In this document: piece by piece, positions 19,953 to 28,255 of the stretch
Layout of the letters: each line of letters opens with the position of its first letter
Position numbering within the stretch: position 1 is the stretch's first letter
DNA from: Candidatus Eiseniibacteriota bacterium
GTDB lineage: Bacteria > Eisenbacteria > RBG-16-71-46
Reading direction: 5' to 3'
Length of the DNA: 64,000 nucleotides
Assembly: GCA_963725865.1 (NCBI GenBank)
Contig: CAVSAC010000010.1
Span: 160,001 to 224,000, forward strand
The notes under the pieces: generated by a model
What the model was told of the DNA's origin: nothing
Seen by the model: only the letters and a program-made list of their open reading frames with translations
Database searches by the model: none
Position numbers and translations under genes: made by a program

Positions 19953-20411
19953 CTACCGTTCCTGGCGATGCGCCGCTTCGTAGGCGAGGATCTTCTCGAT
20001 GCGCGGCACGTGCCGCCCGCCCTCGAAGGGCGTCTCGAGCCAGATCCGCATCCACCGCACGGCCGCCTCGTGGTCGTTGGTGCGCCCGCCGAGTGCGAGC
20101 ACGTTGGAGTCGTTGTGCAGCCGGGTCAGGCGCGCCGTCTCGTCGCTGGTGACGACCGCGGCCCGCACGCCGGCCACCTTGTTCGCCGCGATCGCCTCGC
20201 CGATGCCGCTGCCTCCGAGCACGATCCCGCGCGCGACCTCGCCGCGCGCCACGAGCTCGGCCACCGGGAAGCAGAAATCGGGGTAGTCGACCGCCGGCTC
20301 CGCGGCGTGCGTGCCGACGTCGACCACCTCGTGATGGAGCGCCTCGAGCTCTCGCACGAGGCGCTCCTTGAGCGCGAAACCGGCGTGATCGGTGCCGATC
20401 GCGATCCTCAC
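19953..20411 (-). CDS. rpiB: Ribose-5-phosphate isomerase B
   Basis: DHAG, DYPD, GSGIGEAIAANKVAGVRAA, HNDSNVL and FEGGRH motifs. Confidence 0.96.
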   Translation of the reverse strand: MRIAIGTDHAGFALKERLVRELEALHHEVVDVGTHAAEPAVDYPDFCFPVAELVARGEVARGIVLGGSGIGEAIAANKVAGVRAAVVTSDETARLTRLHNDSNVLALGGRTNDHEAAVRWMRIWLETPFEGGRHVPRIEKILAYEAAHRQER

Positions 20412-20418
20412 GCGGGGC

Positions 20419-21381
20419 TCAGCCCCGCCGCGCCGCGCCGGCCACCGCGCCCACCGCCTGCGGCACCGGCGTGAGCCAGCCGTGGGTGTCGGGCTTCTCG
20501 CCCTTCACGACCGCGAAGAACGCCTCCTGCAGCGCCTTCGTGACCGGCCCCCGCTCGCCCGTGCCGACCGGCAGGCGGTCCACCGAGGCGATCGGCGACA
20601 CCTCGACCGCGGTGCCCGAATAGAACAGCTCCTCCGCCACGTAGAGCATCTCGCGCGGCATCGACTCCTCGCGCACCTTGTAACCCAGCTCGCGCGCGAG
20701 CGTCATGACCGAGTCGCGCGTGATGCCCGCGAGGATGCTGTTCGACAGCGGCGGCGTGACCAGCTCGCCCTTGATGACCGCGAACAGGTTCTGTCCGCTG
20801 CCCTCGCTCACGAAGCCGCTGCGGTCGAGCGCGATCGCCTCTTCGTAGCCGTCGACCTTCGCCTCCATCTTCAGGAGCGCGGAGTTCATGTAGTTCGCGG
20901 CCGCCTTCGCCATCGCGGGCAGCGTGTTCGGCGCCATCCGGTTCCACGAGCCGACCTTCACCGCCACGCCCTTCTGGAGCGCGTCGGCGCCGAGGTACTG
21001 GCCCCACGGGAACGCGGCGATCGCGACGTCGATCGGGTTGCCGAACGGGTTCACTCCCAGGTTCTCGTAGCCGCGGTAGACGAGCGGACGGATGTAGCAC
21101 TCCTTCAGCTCGTTCTGCGCGACCACGTCCAGGCAGGCCTGGCGGATCTGCGGGACCGTGAACGGCATCTCCATCCGGTAGACCTTCGCCGAGAAGAACA
21201 GCCGCTCGACGTGATCATCGAGCCGGAAGATGGCCGGTCCCTTCGGTGTCGCATAGGCGCGGATGCCCTCGAACACCGCCGTCGCGTAGTGCGCGACGTG
21301 CGACAGTACGTGGATCTTCGCGTCGTCCCAGTCCACCCACTTCCCATTCATCCAGATGTACTTCGCCTTCACCATGGCCAT
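20419..21381 (-). CDS. ilvE: Branched-chain amino acid aminotransferase
   Basis: HYATAVFEGIRAY, YIRP, AKAAANY, EGSGQN, ILAGITR and GTAVE motifs. Confidence 0.96.
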   Translation of the reverse strand: MAMVKAKYIWMNGKWVDWDDAKIHVLSHVAHYATAVFEGIRAYATPKGPAIFRLDDHVERLFFSAKVYRMEMPFTVPQIRQACLDVVAQNELKECYIRPLVYRGYENLGVNPFGNPIDVAIAAFPWGQYLGADALQKGVAVKVGSWNRMAPNTLPAMAKAAANYMNSALLKMEAKVDGYEEAIALDRSGFVSEGSGQNLFAVIKGELVTPPLSNSILAGITRDSVMTLARELGYKVREESMPREMLYVAEELFYSGTAVEVSPIASVDRLPVGTGERGPVTKALQEAFFAVVKGEKPDTHGWLTPVPQAVGAVAGAARRG

Positions 21382-21416
21382 GACTCACCTCGAGATCCGA
21401 GAAGACTGCCGCGTGA

Positions 21417-21908
21417 CTAGGCGGACCGCGCGCGCAGCGCTTCGTGAACTGCGGGGATGATCCTTTCCAGATGGCGTCGGATGCGGCGCCAGGTCTCTTC
21501 GTACGCCTCCATCGAGCCCCCGAAGGGGTCCGAGACGACGAGCCCGGGTTCGCCGGGCTCGGGCCACTCGCTCAGCACGTGGGTCTTGCCCGGATCGGCG
21601 CCGAGCGCCAGCACCGGAGCGAGGTGCATGCGCTCCATCACCAGCACGAGGTCCGCGGCGCGCACGAGATCCGGGGTCGCGCGACGCGAGCGATGATCGT
21701 GGAGGTCGACGCCGTCGCGCGCGGCGACCTGCGTCGCGCCGTCGGTCGCGGGCTGACCCACCCAGGCCGACGTGCCCGCCGACGACACCTGCACCCGGTC
21801 CCGGTCGGACCCGAGCGCCTGCAGCAGCGCCCCGGCGGCGAGCGGGCTCCGGCAGGTGTTGCCGGTGCACACGAACAGCACGTGGTACAGCGGTTCCTGA
21901 GCCGACAT
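21417..21908 (-). CDS. Low-molecular-weight protein phosphatase, YwlE-like (probable pArg phosphatase)
   Basis: P-loop CTGNTCRS, SAG and DPFGG; lies in a tsaC-ptp-rpiB-glyA context. Confidence 0.9.
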   Translation of the reverse strand: MSAQEPLYHVLFVCTGNTCRSPLAAGALLQALGSDRDRVQVSSAGTSAWVGQPATDGATQVAARDGVDLHDHRSRRATPDLVRAADLVLVMERMHLAPVLALGADPGKTHVLSEWPEPGEPGLVVSDPFGGSMEAYEETWRRIRRHLERIIPAVHEALRARSA

Positions 21909-21916
21909 GCGAATGA

Positions 21917-21945
21917 AGGATAGGTGCGGGCCCGGTGCCGGTCAA
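21917..21945 (-). promoter_or_regulatory. Sigma70-type promoter giving a near-leaderless LMW-phosphatase transcript
   Basis: TTGACC-N17-TATCCT, 8 nt before the ATG; no SD. Confidence 0.55.
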
Positions 21946-22592
21946 CCGCCGGCGTGCGTGGCGTCCTCGAAGTCACCCAACAACGTCGTGACATCCAGCG
22001 CGCCCCGCCGCAGCAGGCGAGGACGCGGGGTGCTGACGTCCACCAGGGTGGAAGCCACCCCACCGCGTCGCGGCCCGCCGTCGAGGATCAGATCGAGCTG
22101 GTTGCCGAAGATCCGCACCACCTCCTCGGCGGTCTCCGCCGGGCGGTGGCCCGACAGGTTCGCGCTGCTCGAGACCACCGGGCCGCCGATCGCCTCCAGC
22201 AGCGCCATGCAGAGCGTGTCCTTGGGGCACCGCAGCGCCACCGTCCCACCGGCGCCGCGCACCCGCGCGGGCACGATCGCCGCGGCCCGGAAGATGAGCG
22301 AGAGCGGGCCCGGCCAGCACTCGGTGATCAGGCGCTCGGCCACGTCGCTGACCTCGGAGGCGAGCCCGTGCGCCTGCCCCGGCTCGGGGATCAGCGAGAT
22401 CACCGCCAGCGACGGATCGCGGCGCTTCAGCCGCGCCACCATCTCCACCGCCGAGACGTCGAACAGCGAGCAGCCGAGCCCGTACAGCGTGTCGGTCGGG
22501 AACGCGATCACGCCACCGCGCAGCACCGCCTCCGCCGCCTGGCGGAGCGGTTCGCGCTCCGGGTGCAGGGGATCGACCGTCAGCACGTCCAC
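21942..22592 (-). CDS. tsaC: L-threonylcarbamoyladenylate synthase (TsaC/YrdC, no Sua5 C-domain)
   Basis: FPTDTLYGL, KRR, WPGPLS, SSSANLSG and STLVD motifs. Confidence 0.95.
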   Translation of the reverse strand: MDVLTVDPLHPEREPLRQAAEAVLRGGVIAFPTDTLYGLGCSLFDVSAVEMVARLKRRDPSLAVISLIPEPGQAHGLASEVSDVAERLITECWPGPLSLIFRAAAIVPARVRGAGGTVALRCPKDTLCMALLEAIGGPVVSSSANLSGHRPAETAEEVVRIFGNQLDLILDGGPRRGGVASTLVDVSTPRPRLLRRGALDVTTLLGDFEDATHAGG

Positions 22593-22596
22593 CGGT

Positions 22597-23082
22597 TCAC
22601 GCCCTCCCCGCCTGCGCGAGCTTCGCCGCGTGGTCCTCGAGCCGCCGCGCCAGCCGCAAGTCGCCGAGCGCCAGGATGCGCAGCGCGAGATACGCCGCGT
22701 TGCGCGCTCCCCACGCGCCTACCCCAAGCGTGCCGACCGGCACCCCGGGCGGCATCTGCACGGTCGCCAGCAGCGCGTCGAAGCCACCGAGCGGCGAGGT
22801 GGCGAGCGGCACCCCCAGCACCGGCAGCCGCGAGTGCGCGGCCATCGCGCCGGCCAGGTGCGCCGCGCCGCCGGCGCCTGCGATGATCACCTCGAGCCCG
22901 CGCGCCTTCGCGGTTCGCGCCCACCGCGCGGCGGCGTCGGGAGTGCGATGCGCCGAGCGCACGGCCACCTCGCTCGCGACGCCGAAGTCGGCGAGCACCT
23001 TCGCGGCCTCCTCCATCACCGCGCGGTCCGAGTCGCTGCCCATCACGATCCCCACCCGTGCCCGGTTCCTGCGAGCCGCCAC
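22597..23082 (-). CDS. purE: N5-carboxyaminoimidazole ribonucleotide mutase
   Basis: MGSDSD, SAHRTP, GAGGAAHL and QMPPGVPV motifs. Confidence 0.97.
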   Translation of the reverse strand: MAARRNRARVGIVMGSDSDRAVMEEAAKVLADFGVASEVAVRSAHRTPDAAARWARTAKARGLEVIIAGAGGAAHLAGAMAAHSRLPVLGVPLATSPLGGFDALLATVQMPPGVPVGTLGVGAWGARNAAYLALRILALGDLRLARRLEDHAAKLAQAGRA

Positions 23083-23083
23083 G

Positions 23084-24400
23084 TCAGTCGCCCTCCCCGA
23101 TCGTTGCCGCGCCGGTCACGGCGCTGGCCGTCGCGCCGGCCGCGATGTCGTGGCGACAGCGCCAGCCGCTGCCGCCGAGACGCGCCACCGCGGCGTACGC
23201 GCGCGCGCGCGCCGCCGCCACGTCGTCCGCGGTCGCGGTGACGTACGCCGCGCGTCCACCGCACACGCCCCACTGATTACCTGCCCGCCGGGTGCCGGCG
23301 TGGAACACGCTCACGCCCGGCAGCGACGCGAGCGCGTCGAGCCCCACGATCGTGCCGTCGGCGCGCGGCGTGCCCGGATAGCCGGCGTCGACCAGCGCGA
23401 CCGTCACCGCGGCGCCGGGCAGCGTCGACACCGCGGCGCCCGCGAGCGCGCCGCCCGCCGCCGCCGCCAGCAACCGACCGAGCGAGCCGGCGAGCAGCGG
23501 CATCACGACCTGCGTCTCGGGATCGCCGAAGCGCACGTTGAATTCCACCACCGACGGCGCCCCCGCTGCCACCATGAGCCCGCAGTACAGCAGACCCCGA
23601 TACGGCGAGCCGCGCCGCGCCAGCTCCGCCAGCAGCGGCCGCACCACGCGCTCGCGCACCCGTTCCAGCAGGGCCGCGTCCGCGAGCCGCGCGGGCGCGT
23701 ACGCGCCCATGCCGCCGGTATTGGGCCCGCGGTCGCCGTCGAGCGCCCGCTTGTGGTCGCGGGCGGCCGGCAGCAGCACGGCGTCGTCACCGTCGCACAC
23801 GGCGAACACCGACAGCTCCTCGCCGCGCAGGAACTCCTCGAGGACCACGCGCCGGCCGCTGGCGCCGAACCGCCGCCCCTCGAGGCAGTCGGCCAGGAAG
23901 CGCCCGGCCTCCGCCGGCTCGGCGGTCACGCACACGCCCTTCCCGGCCGCCAGTCCGTCGGCCTTGATCACCCACGGCGGACCGAAGCGCGGCAGCGCGG
24001 CGCGCGCGGACGCCAGCTCCTCGAACACCTCGGCGCGCGCGGTGGGCACCCCCGCCGCGCGACAGACGTCCTTCGCGAACCACTTGCTCGCCTCGAGCCG
24101 CGCGCACGCGCGCGACGGTCCGAACGTCGCGATGCGGGCGTCCGCCAGCGCGTCCGCGAGCCCCGCGGCCAGCGGTCCCTCGGGTCCCACCACCACCAGG
24201 TCCACGCGCTCGCGCTCGCACGCCGCGCGCACCGCGGCCGGGTCCTGGGGATCGAGCGCCACGCACGGAAACGTCTCCGCCATCCCCTCGTTGCCGGGCG
24301 CCACCATCACGAGCGGGTGCTCCGGATCGCGCGCGAGCCGCCACGCGAGCGCATGCTCACGACCGCCGGAGCCGAGGACGAGGATGCGCGATGGGGCCAT
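23084..24400 (-). CDS. purD: Phosphoribosylamine--glycine ligase
   Basis: GSGGREHA, KADGLAAGKGV, GPNTGGMG and RFGDPE motifs. Confidence 0.97.
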   Translation of the reverse strand: MAPSRILVLGSGGREHALAWRLARDPEHPLVMVAPGNEGMAETFPCVALDPQDPAAVRAACERERVDLVVVGPEGPLAAGLADALADARIATFGPSRACARLEASKWFAKDVCRAAGVPTARAEVFEELASARAALPRFGPPWVIKADGLAAGKGVCVTAEPAEAGRFLADCLEGRRFGASGRRVVLEEFLRGEELSVFAVCDGDDAVLLPAARDHKRALDGDRGPNTGGMGAYAPARLADAALLERVRERVVRPLLAELARRGSPYRGLLYCGLMVAAGAPSVVEFNVRFGDPETQVVMPLLAGSLGRLLAAAAGGALAGAAVSTLPGAAVTVALVDAGYPGTPRADGTIVGLDALASLPGVSVFHAGTRRAGNQWGVCGGRAAYVTATADDVAAARARAYAAVARLGGSGWRCRHDIAAGATASAVTGAATIGEGD

Positions 24401-24406
24401 GCGCGC

Positions 24407-24436
24407 ACTCTAAGAGGCACTCGCGCACAGGGTCAA
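24407..24436 (-). promoter_or_regulatory. Sigma70-type promoter giving a leaderless purD transcript
   Basis: TTGACC-N18-TAGAGT-N6-ATG; no SD. Confidence 0.6.
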
Positions 24437-24449
24437 GGTCCGCCCCCGC

Positions 24450-25019
24450 TCACGTCGCGAGCACCTCCCATGCGCCGTGGGCGCGCGCGCGCCAGCCGAT
24501 CGCCAGATCCACCGCAACCGTCGCAGCGGCCGCGGCCCGCGCGGAAGGGCGCGCCGCCAGCGCGGCCCGCGTCGCCAGCGACGCGAGCCCCGGCACCGCA
24601 AGCCGTCGCAGCGCCTCGGCGTCCTCGCCGCCGGCGAGCGGGCCGCACGCGAGCACCGACTCGGCCTCGCGCAGCTCGTCGTTCAGCTCCACCGCGAGCG
24701 CGTCGACCCGTCCCGCGACGAAGCACGCCGAGTGCGCGGGATCGTGCGCCAGCACCGGCACGCCGAGGCTCGCGCGCAGTCGCGCGGTCAGCCCGTGCTC
24801 CGCCGGCCGGCCCTCCGCGCCGGCCGCGAGCAGCACCGTCACGCGCCCGCGCGGCACGCCGGCCCGCGGCAGGATCGCGAGCAGCCGGCCGAGCACGGCC
24901 GCGAGCCGCTCGGGGTCGCGGGCATCGGCGATCACCGTGGTGACCGACGCCCCCACGAACACGCCCGGCACGGCGCGGCGAAGCGCCTCGTCGACCGCGC
25001 GCCCGAACGCGACGTCCAT
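24450..25019 (-). CDS. Degenerate LarA (lactate racemase)/DUF2088 N-terminal-like protein
   Basis: VTTVIAD...GVPRGRVTVLLAAG...VLAHDP...VELNDELREAESVLACG...VPGLAS parallels the LarA N-terminal domain; only 189 aa. Confidence 0.6.
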   Translation of the reverse strand: MDVAFGRAVDEALRRAVPGVFVGASVTTVIADARDPERLAAVLGRLLAILPRAGVPRGRVTVLLAAGAEGRPAEHGLTARLRASLGVPVLAHDPAHSACFVAGRVDALAVELNDELREAESVLACGPLAGGEDAEALRRLAVPGLASLATRAALAARPSARAAAAATVAVDLAIGWRARAHGAWEVLAT

Positions 25020-25021
25020 CG

Positions 25022-26479
25022 TCAGGCGCCCGGCGCCAGCCGCTCGAGCTCCTCGCGCAGCAGGGCCTGCACCGTCTGCGGCACCGCCTGCCCGCCGCTC
25101 TTCTTCATCACCTGGCCGACCAGGAAGCCGAACGTCGCGTGCTTGCCGCGCAGCACTTCGGCGACCGGGCCGGGATGCTCGGCGAGCACCGCACGCACCA
25201 GCGGCCGCAGCGCCTCCGCGGAGCCGATCGCGGCGCCTCCGCTCGCGAACCGCTCCCCGGCGTCCGCGCCGCGGTCCAGCACCTCGTCGAGCAGGCCCTT
25301 GGCGGCGGTCGCCGTGACCTGGCCCGCCTCGATGCGCTGGAACAGCGCGCGAGTCGCGGTCACCGGGACGCGCTGCTCGAACTCCGCCGGCGTCAGTCCG
25401 AGCCGGTTCCAGCGCGCCAGCTCCTCGTTGAGGATCCAGTTGGCGGCCCAGTCGGCCCGGATCCCGCCCTGCACGTAGCGCTCGAAGTGGTCCGCGCGGT
25501 CGCGCTCGGCGCAGATCACCGCCGCGTTGTACGCGCCCAGCGCGTACGCCTCCGCCAGCCGCGCCTCGCTCGCCCACGGCAGCTCGGGCAGTCGCGCGCG
25601 CGCGTCGGCGGTCCACGCGGCGTCCACTCGCAGCACCGGAAGGTCGGGCTCCGGCAGGTAGCGGTAGTCGTGCGCGTGCTCCTTCGAGCGCATCACCGCG
25701 AGCCGTTCGCGGTCGGCGTCGTACAGCAGCGTGGCCTGCTCGATCCGGCCGCCCTCCGCGAGCACCCGACGCTGGCGCGCGATCTCGGCGGTCAGGCCCT
25801 TCTCGACGCCCTTGATCGAGTTGAGGTTCTTGAGCTCGGTCTTGGTGCCGAGGCGCGCTTCGCCGGCCGGCCGCAGGCTCACGTTGGCGTCGCAGCGCAG
25901 GTGGCCCTTCTCCATGTCGCCCTCGGAGATGCCCAGCCACCGCACCAGCCGCCGCAGCGCCGTCAGGAACGCCGCGCACTCGGCGGGCGCGCGGAACACC
26001 GGCTCGGTCACCAGCTCGAGCAGCGGCACGCCGGCGCGGTTGAAGTCCACGCGCGAGATCCGGCGGTCGCCGTGGCGCTCCGGGTGGAACGACTTCCCGG
26101 TGTCCTCCTCGACGTGGACGCGGGTGAGCGCGAACGCGCGTGCGGCCCCGTCGAGGACGACCGGCACCGCGCCGCCCTCGCACAGCGGATGGTCGTACTG
26201 CGTGATCTGGTAGTTCTTCGGCATGTCGGGGTAGAAGTAGTGCTTCCGCGCGAACACGCTGCTCGCGCGCACCTCGCACCCCAGCGCCAGGCCCAGTCGC
26301 ACCGCGGCGTCGATCGCCGCGCGGTTGGCGCGCGGCAGCGCGCCCGGCAGTCCCAGGCACACCGGACACACGTGCGTGTTCGGCTCCGCGCCGAACGCCG
26401 CCGCGCAGTCGCAGAACATCTTGACCCGCGTGGCCAGCTGGATGTGGCACTCCAGCCCGATCACCGCTTCATCGGCCAT
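25022..26479 (-). CDS. gatB: Asp/Glu-tRNA amidotransferase subunit B
   Basis: IGLECH, RKHYFYPDMPKNYQITQ, VDFNRAGVPLLE, RCDANVS and YRYLPEPDL motifs. Confidence 0.97.
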   Translation of the reverse strand: MADEAVIGLECHIQLATRVKMFCDCAAAFGAEPNTHVCPVCLGLPGALPRANRAAIDAAVRLGLALGCEVRASSVFARKHYFYPDMPKNYQITQYDHPLCEGGAVPVVLDGAARAFALTRVHVEEDTGKSFHPERHGDRRISRVDFNRAGVPLLELVTEPVFRAPAECAAFLTALRRLVRWLGISEGDMEKGHLRCDANVSLRPAGEARLGTKTELKNLNSIKGVEKGLTAEIARQRRVLAEGGRIEQATLLYDADRERLAVMRSKEHAHDYRYLPEPDLPVLRVDAAWTADARARLPELPWASEARLAEAYALGAYNAAVICAERDRADHFERYVQGGIRADWAANWILNEELARWNRLGLTPAEFEQRVPVTATRALFQRIEAGQVTATAAKGLLDEVLDRGADAGERFASGGAAIGSAEALRPLVRAVLAEHPGPVAEVLRGKHATFGFLVGQVMKKSGGQAVPQTVQALLREELERLAPGA

Positions 26480-27933
26480 GCGAACTCCGTGGAATGCGCG
26501 CGCGGCAGCCGCGCCGACTCGCCCTGCACCTCGATCGCGCGCGCGGCGCGCAGCAGCAGCGGCTCCGCGTCGTCGGCGCCCAGCAGCTGGACCGCGCGCG
26601 GCAGGCCGGTCGCGGTCGGCGGCACCGGCACCGTCAGGCCCGGGATGCCGGCGAGGTTCGCGCCGATCGTGAAGATGTCCGACAGGTACATCGCGAGCGG
26701 ATCGTCCACCTTCTCGCCGAGCCGGAACGGCAGCGTGGGCGCCACCGGCAGCATCATCACGTCGCAGCGCGCGAACGCCTCGTCGTGCGCGCGGCGGATG
26801 CGCGTGCGGGCGCGCAGCGCGGTCAGATAGTAGGCGTCGTAGTAGCCGGCCGACAGCGCGTAGGTGCCGAGCAGGATGCGGCGCTGCACCTCGGGGCCGA
26901 ACCCCGCGCTGCGGGTGCGCGTGTAGAGCGCGCGCACGTCCTCGCTGTCGGCGTGCCGGTACCCGTAGCGCACGCCGTCGAAGCGTGCGAGGTTGCTGCT
27001 CGCCTCGGCGGTTGCCACGAGGTAGTAGGTGGCGACCCCGTACTCGCCGGGCAGGAACTCGAGCGGGACGCGGATGGCGCCGGCACGCTCGAGCCAGCCG
27101 GCCGCCTGCTCGAGTCCCTCGATCACCTCGGCGTCGACGCCGGCCTTCCACAGGTGGGCGGGCCAGCCGAAGCGCAGACCCCGCACTCCCGTATCCCAGC
27201 CGGACACGTCGGGCGGCGCCCCGCCGCGCGAGGTGGCGTCGTACGGATCGGGCCCCGCGAGCGCCGCGTACGCGGTCGCCACGTCGCCGGCGTGGCGCGC
27301 GAGGATCCCGACCTGGTCGAGCGAGGAGCCGAACGCCACCAGCCCGTAGCGCGAGAGCCGCCCATAGGTGGGCTTGAGCCCGTAGACGCCGCAGAACGCC
27401 GCCGGCTGGCGCACCGAGCCGCCGGTGTCGGAGCCGAGCGCGAGCGGACACAGTCCGTAGGCGACCGCGGCCGCCGGGCCGCCGCTCGAGCCGCCCGGCA
27501 CGCGCGCGAGATCGTAGGGATTGCGGGTCGGGCCGTAGCAGGAGAACTCGGTGGACGAGCCCATCGCGAACTCGTCCATGTTGCCCTTGCCGGTGATCAC
27601 CGCACCGGCCGCGCGCAGGCGCCGGATCACGGTCGCGTCGTACGGCGAGCGGTAGCCGGCGAGGATGCGCGAGGCGCAGGTGGTCGGCAGGTCGGTGGTG
27701 CAGAGGTTGTCCTTCACCAGCACCGGCACGCCGCGCAGCGGACCCGCGGGCGCCGCGCGCGCGCCGGCGCGCCGCGCATCCGCGTCGGCGTGGCAGACCG
27801 CGTGGACGTCGGGCTCCCAGACGGAACCCGGGCCCGCCCAGCCGCTCTCCACCGCGGCCTCGGGGTCGGCCGCGCCGTCGCGCACCGCGGCCGCCAGCGC
27901 GGTCGCGGACAGGCGCCAGAGCCCGTCGCTCAT
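26461..27933 (-). CDS. gatA: Asp/Glu-tRNA amidotransferase subunit A
   Basis: KDN, NMDEFAMGSS, PGGSSGG, GSDTGGSVRQPA and SSNLARFDG motifs. Confidence 0.97.
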   Translation of the reverse strand: MSDGLWRLSATALAAAVRDGAADPEAAVESGWAGPGSVWEPDVHAVCHADADARRAGARAAPAGPLRGVPVLVKDNLCTTDLPTTCASRILAGYRSPYDATVIRRLRAAGAVITGKGNMDEFAMGSSTEFSCYGPTRNPYDLARVPGGSSGGPAAAVAYGLCPLALGSDTGGSVRQPAAFCGVYGLKPTYGRLSRYGLVAFGSSLDQVGILARHAGDVATAYAALAGPDPYDATSRGGAPPDVSGWDTGVRGLRFGWPAHLWKAGVDAEVIEGLEQAAGWLERAGAIRVPLEFLPGEYGVATYYLVATAEASSNLARFDGVRYGYRHADSEDVRALYTRTRSAGFGPEVQRRILLGTYALSAGYYDAYYLTALRARTRIRRAHDEAFARCDVMMLPVAPTLPFRLGEKVDDPLAMYLSDIFTIGANLAGIPGLTVPVPPTATGLPRAVQLLGADDAEPLLLRAARAIEVQGESARLPRAHSTEFAWPMKR

Positions 27934-27955
27934 GCGCGACCCGCGGCGCCGGCGG

Positions 27956-28255
27956 TCATGGCTCGAGGTCCTCGACGATCGGCGGCACCACGAAGCAGCC
28001 CTGCTCGCTCGCCGGCGCCATCGCCAGCGCCTGCTCGCGGGTCAGCTCGCGGTCGCCGCGGGCGTCCTCGCGCAGCGCCGCCGCCGCGGGCGCGAACACC
28101 AGCGGCTCGCAGCCGTCGAGGTCGAGCTGCCGCAACTGCTCGACGAACGCCAGCACCTTCGCCAGCTCCTCGGTCGTCCGCGCGAGCCGCTCCGCAGGCA
28201 CCTCGAGCCGCGCCAGCTCCGCGATGCGCTCGACCTCAGAGCGCGTGATCGCCAT
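27956..28255 (-). CDS. gatC: Asp/Glu-tRNA amidotransferase subunit C
   Basis: EVERIAELARL...LRED...FVVP; directly upstream of gatA. Confidence 0.95.
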   Translation of the reverse strand: MAITRSEVERIAELARLEVPAERLARTTEELAKVLAFVEQLRQLDLDGCEPLVFAPAAAALREDARGDRELTREQALAMAPASEQGCFVVPPIVEDLEP

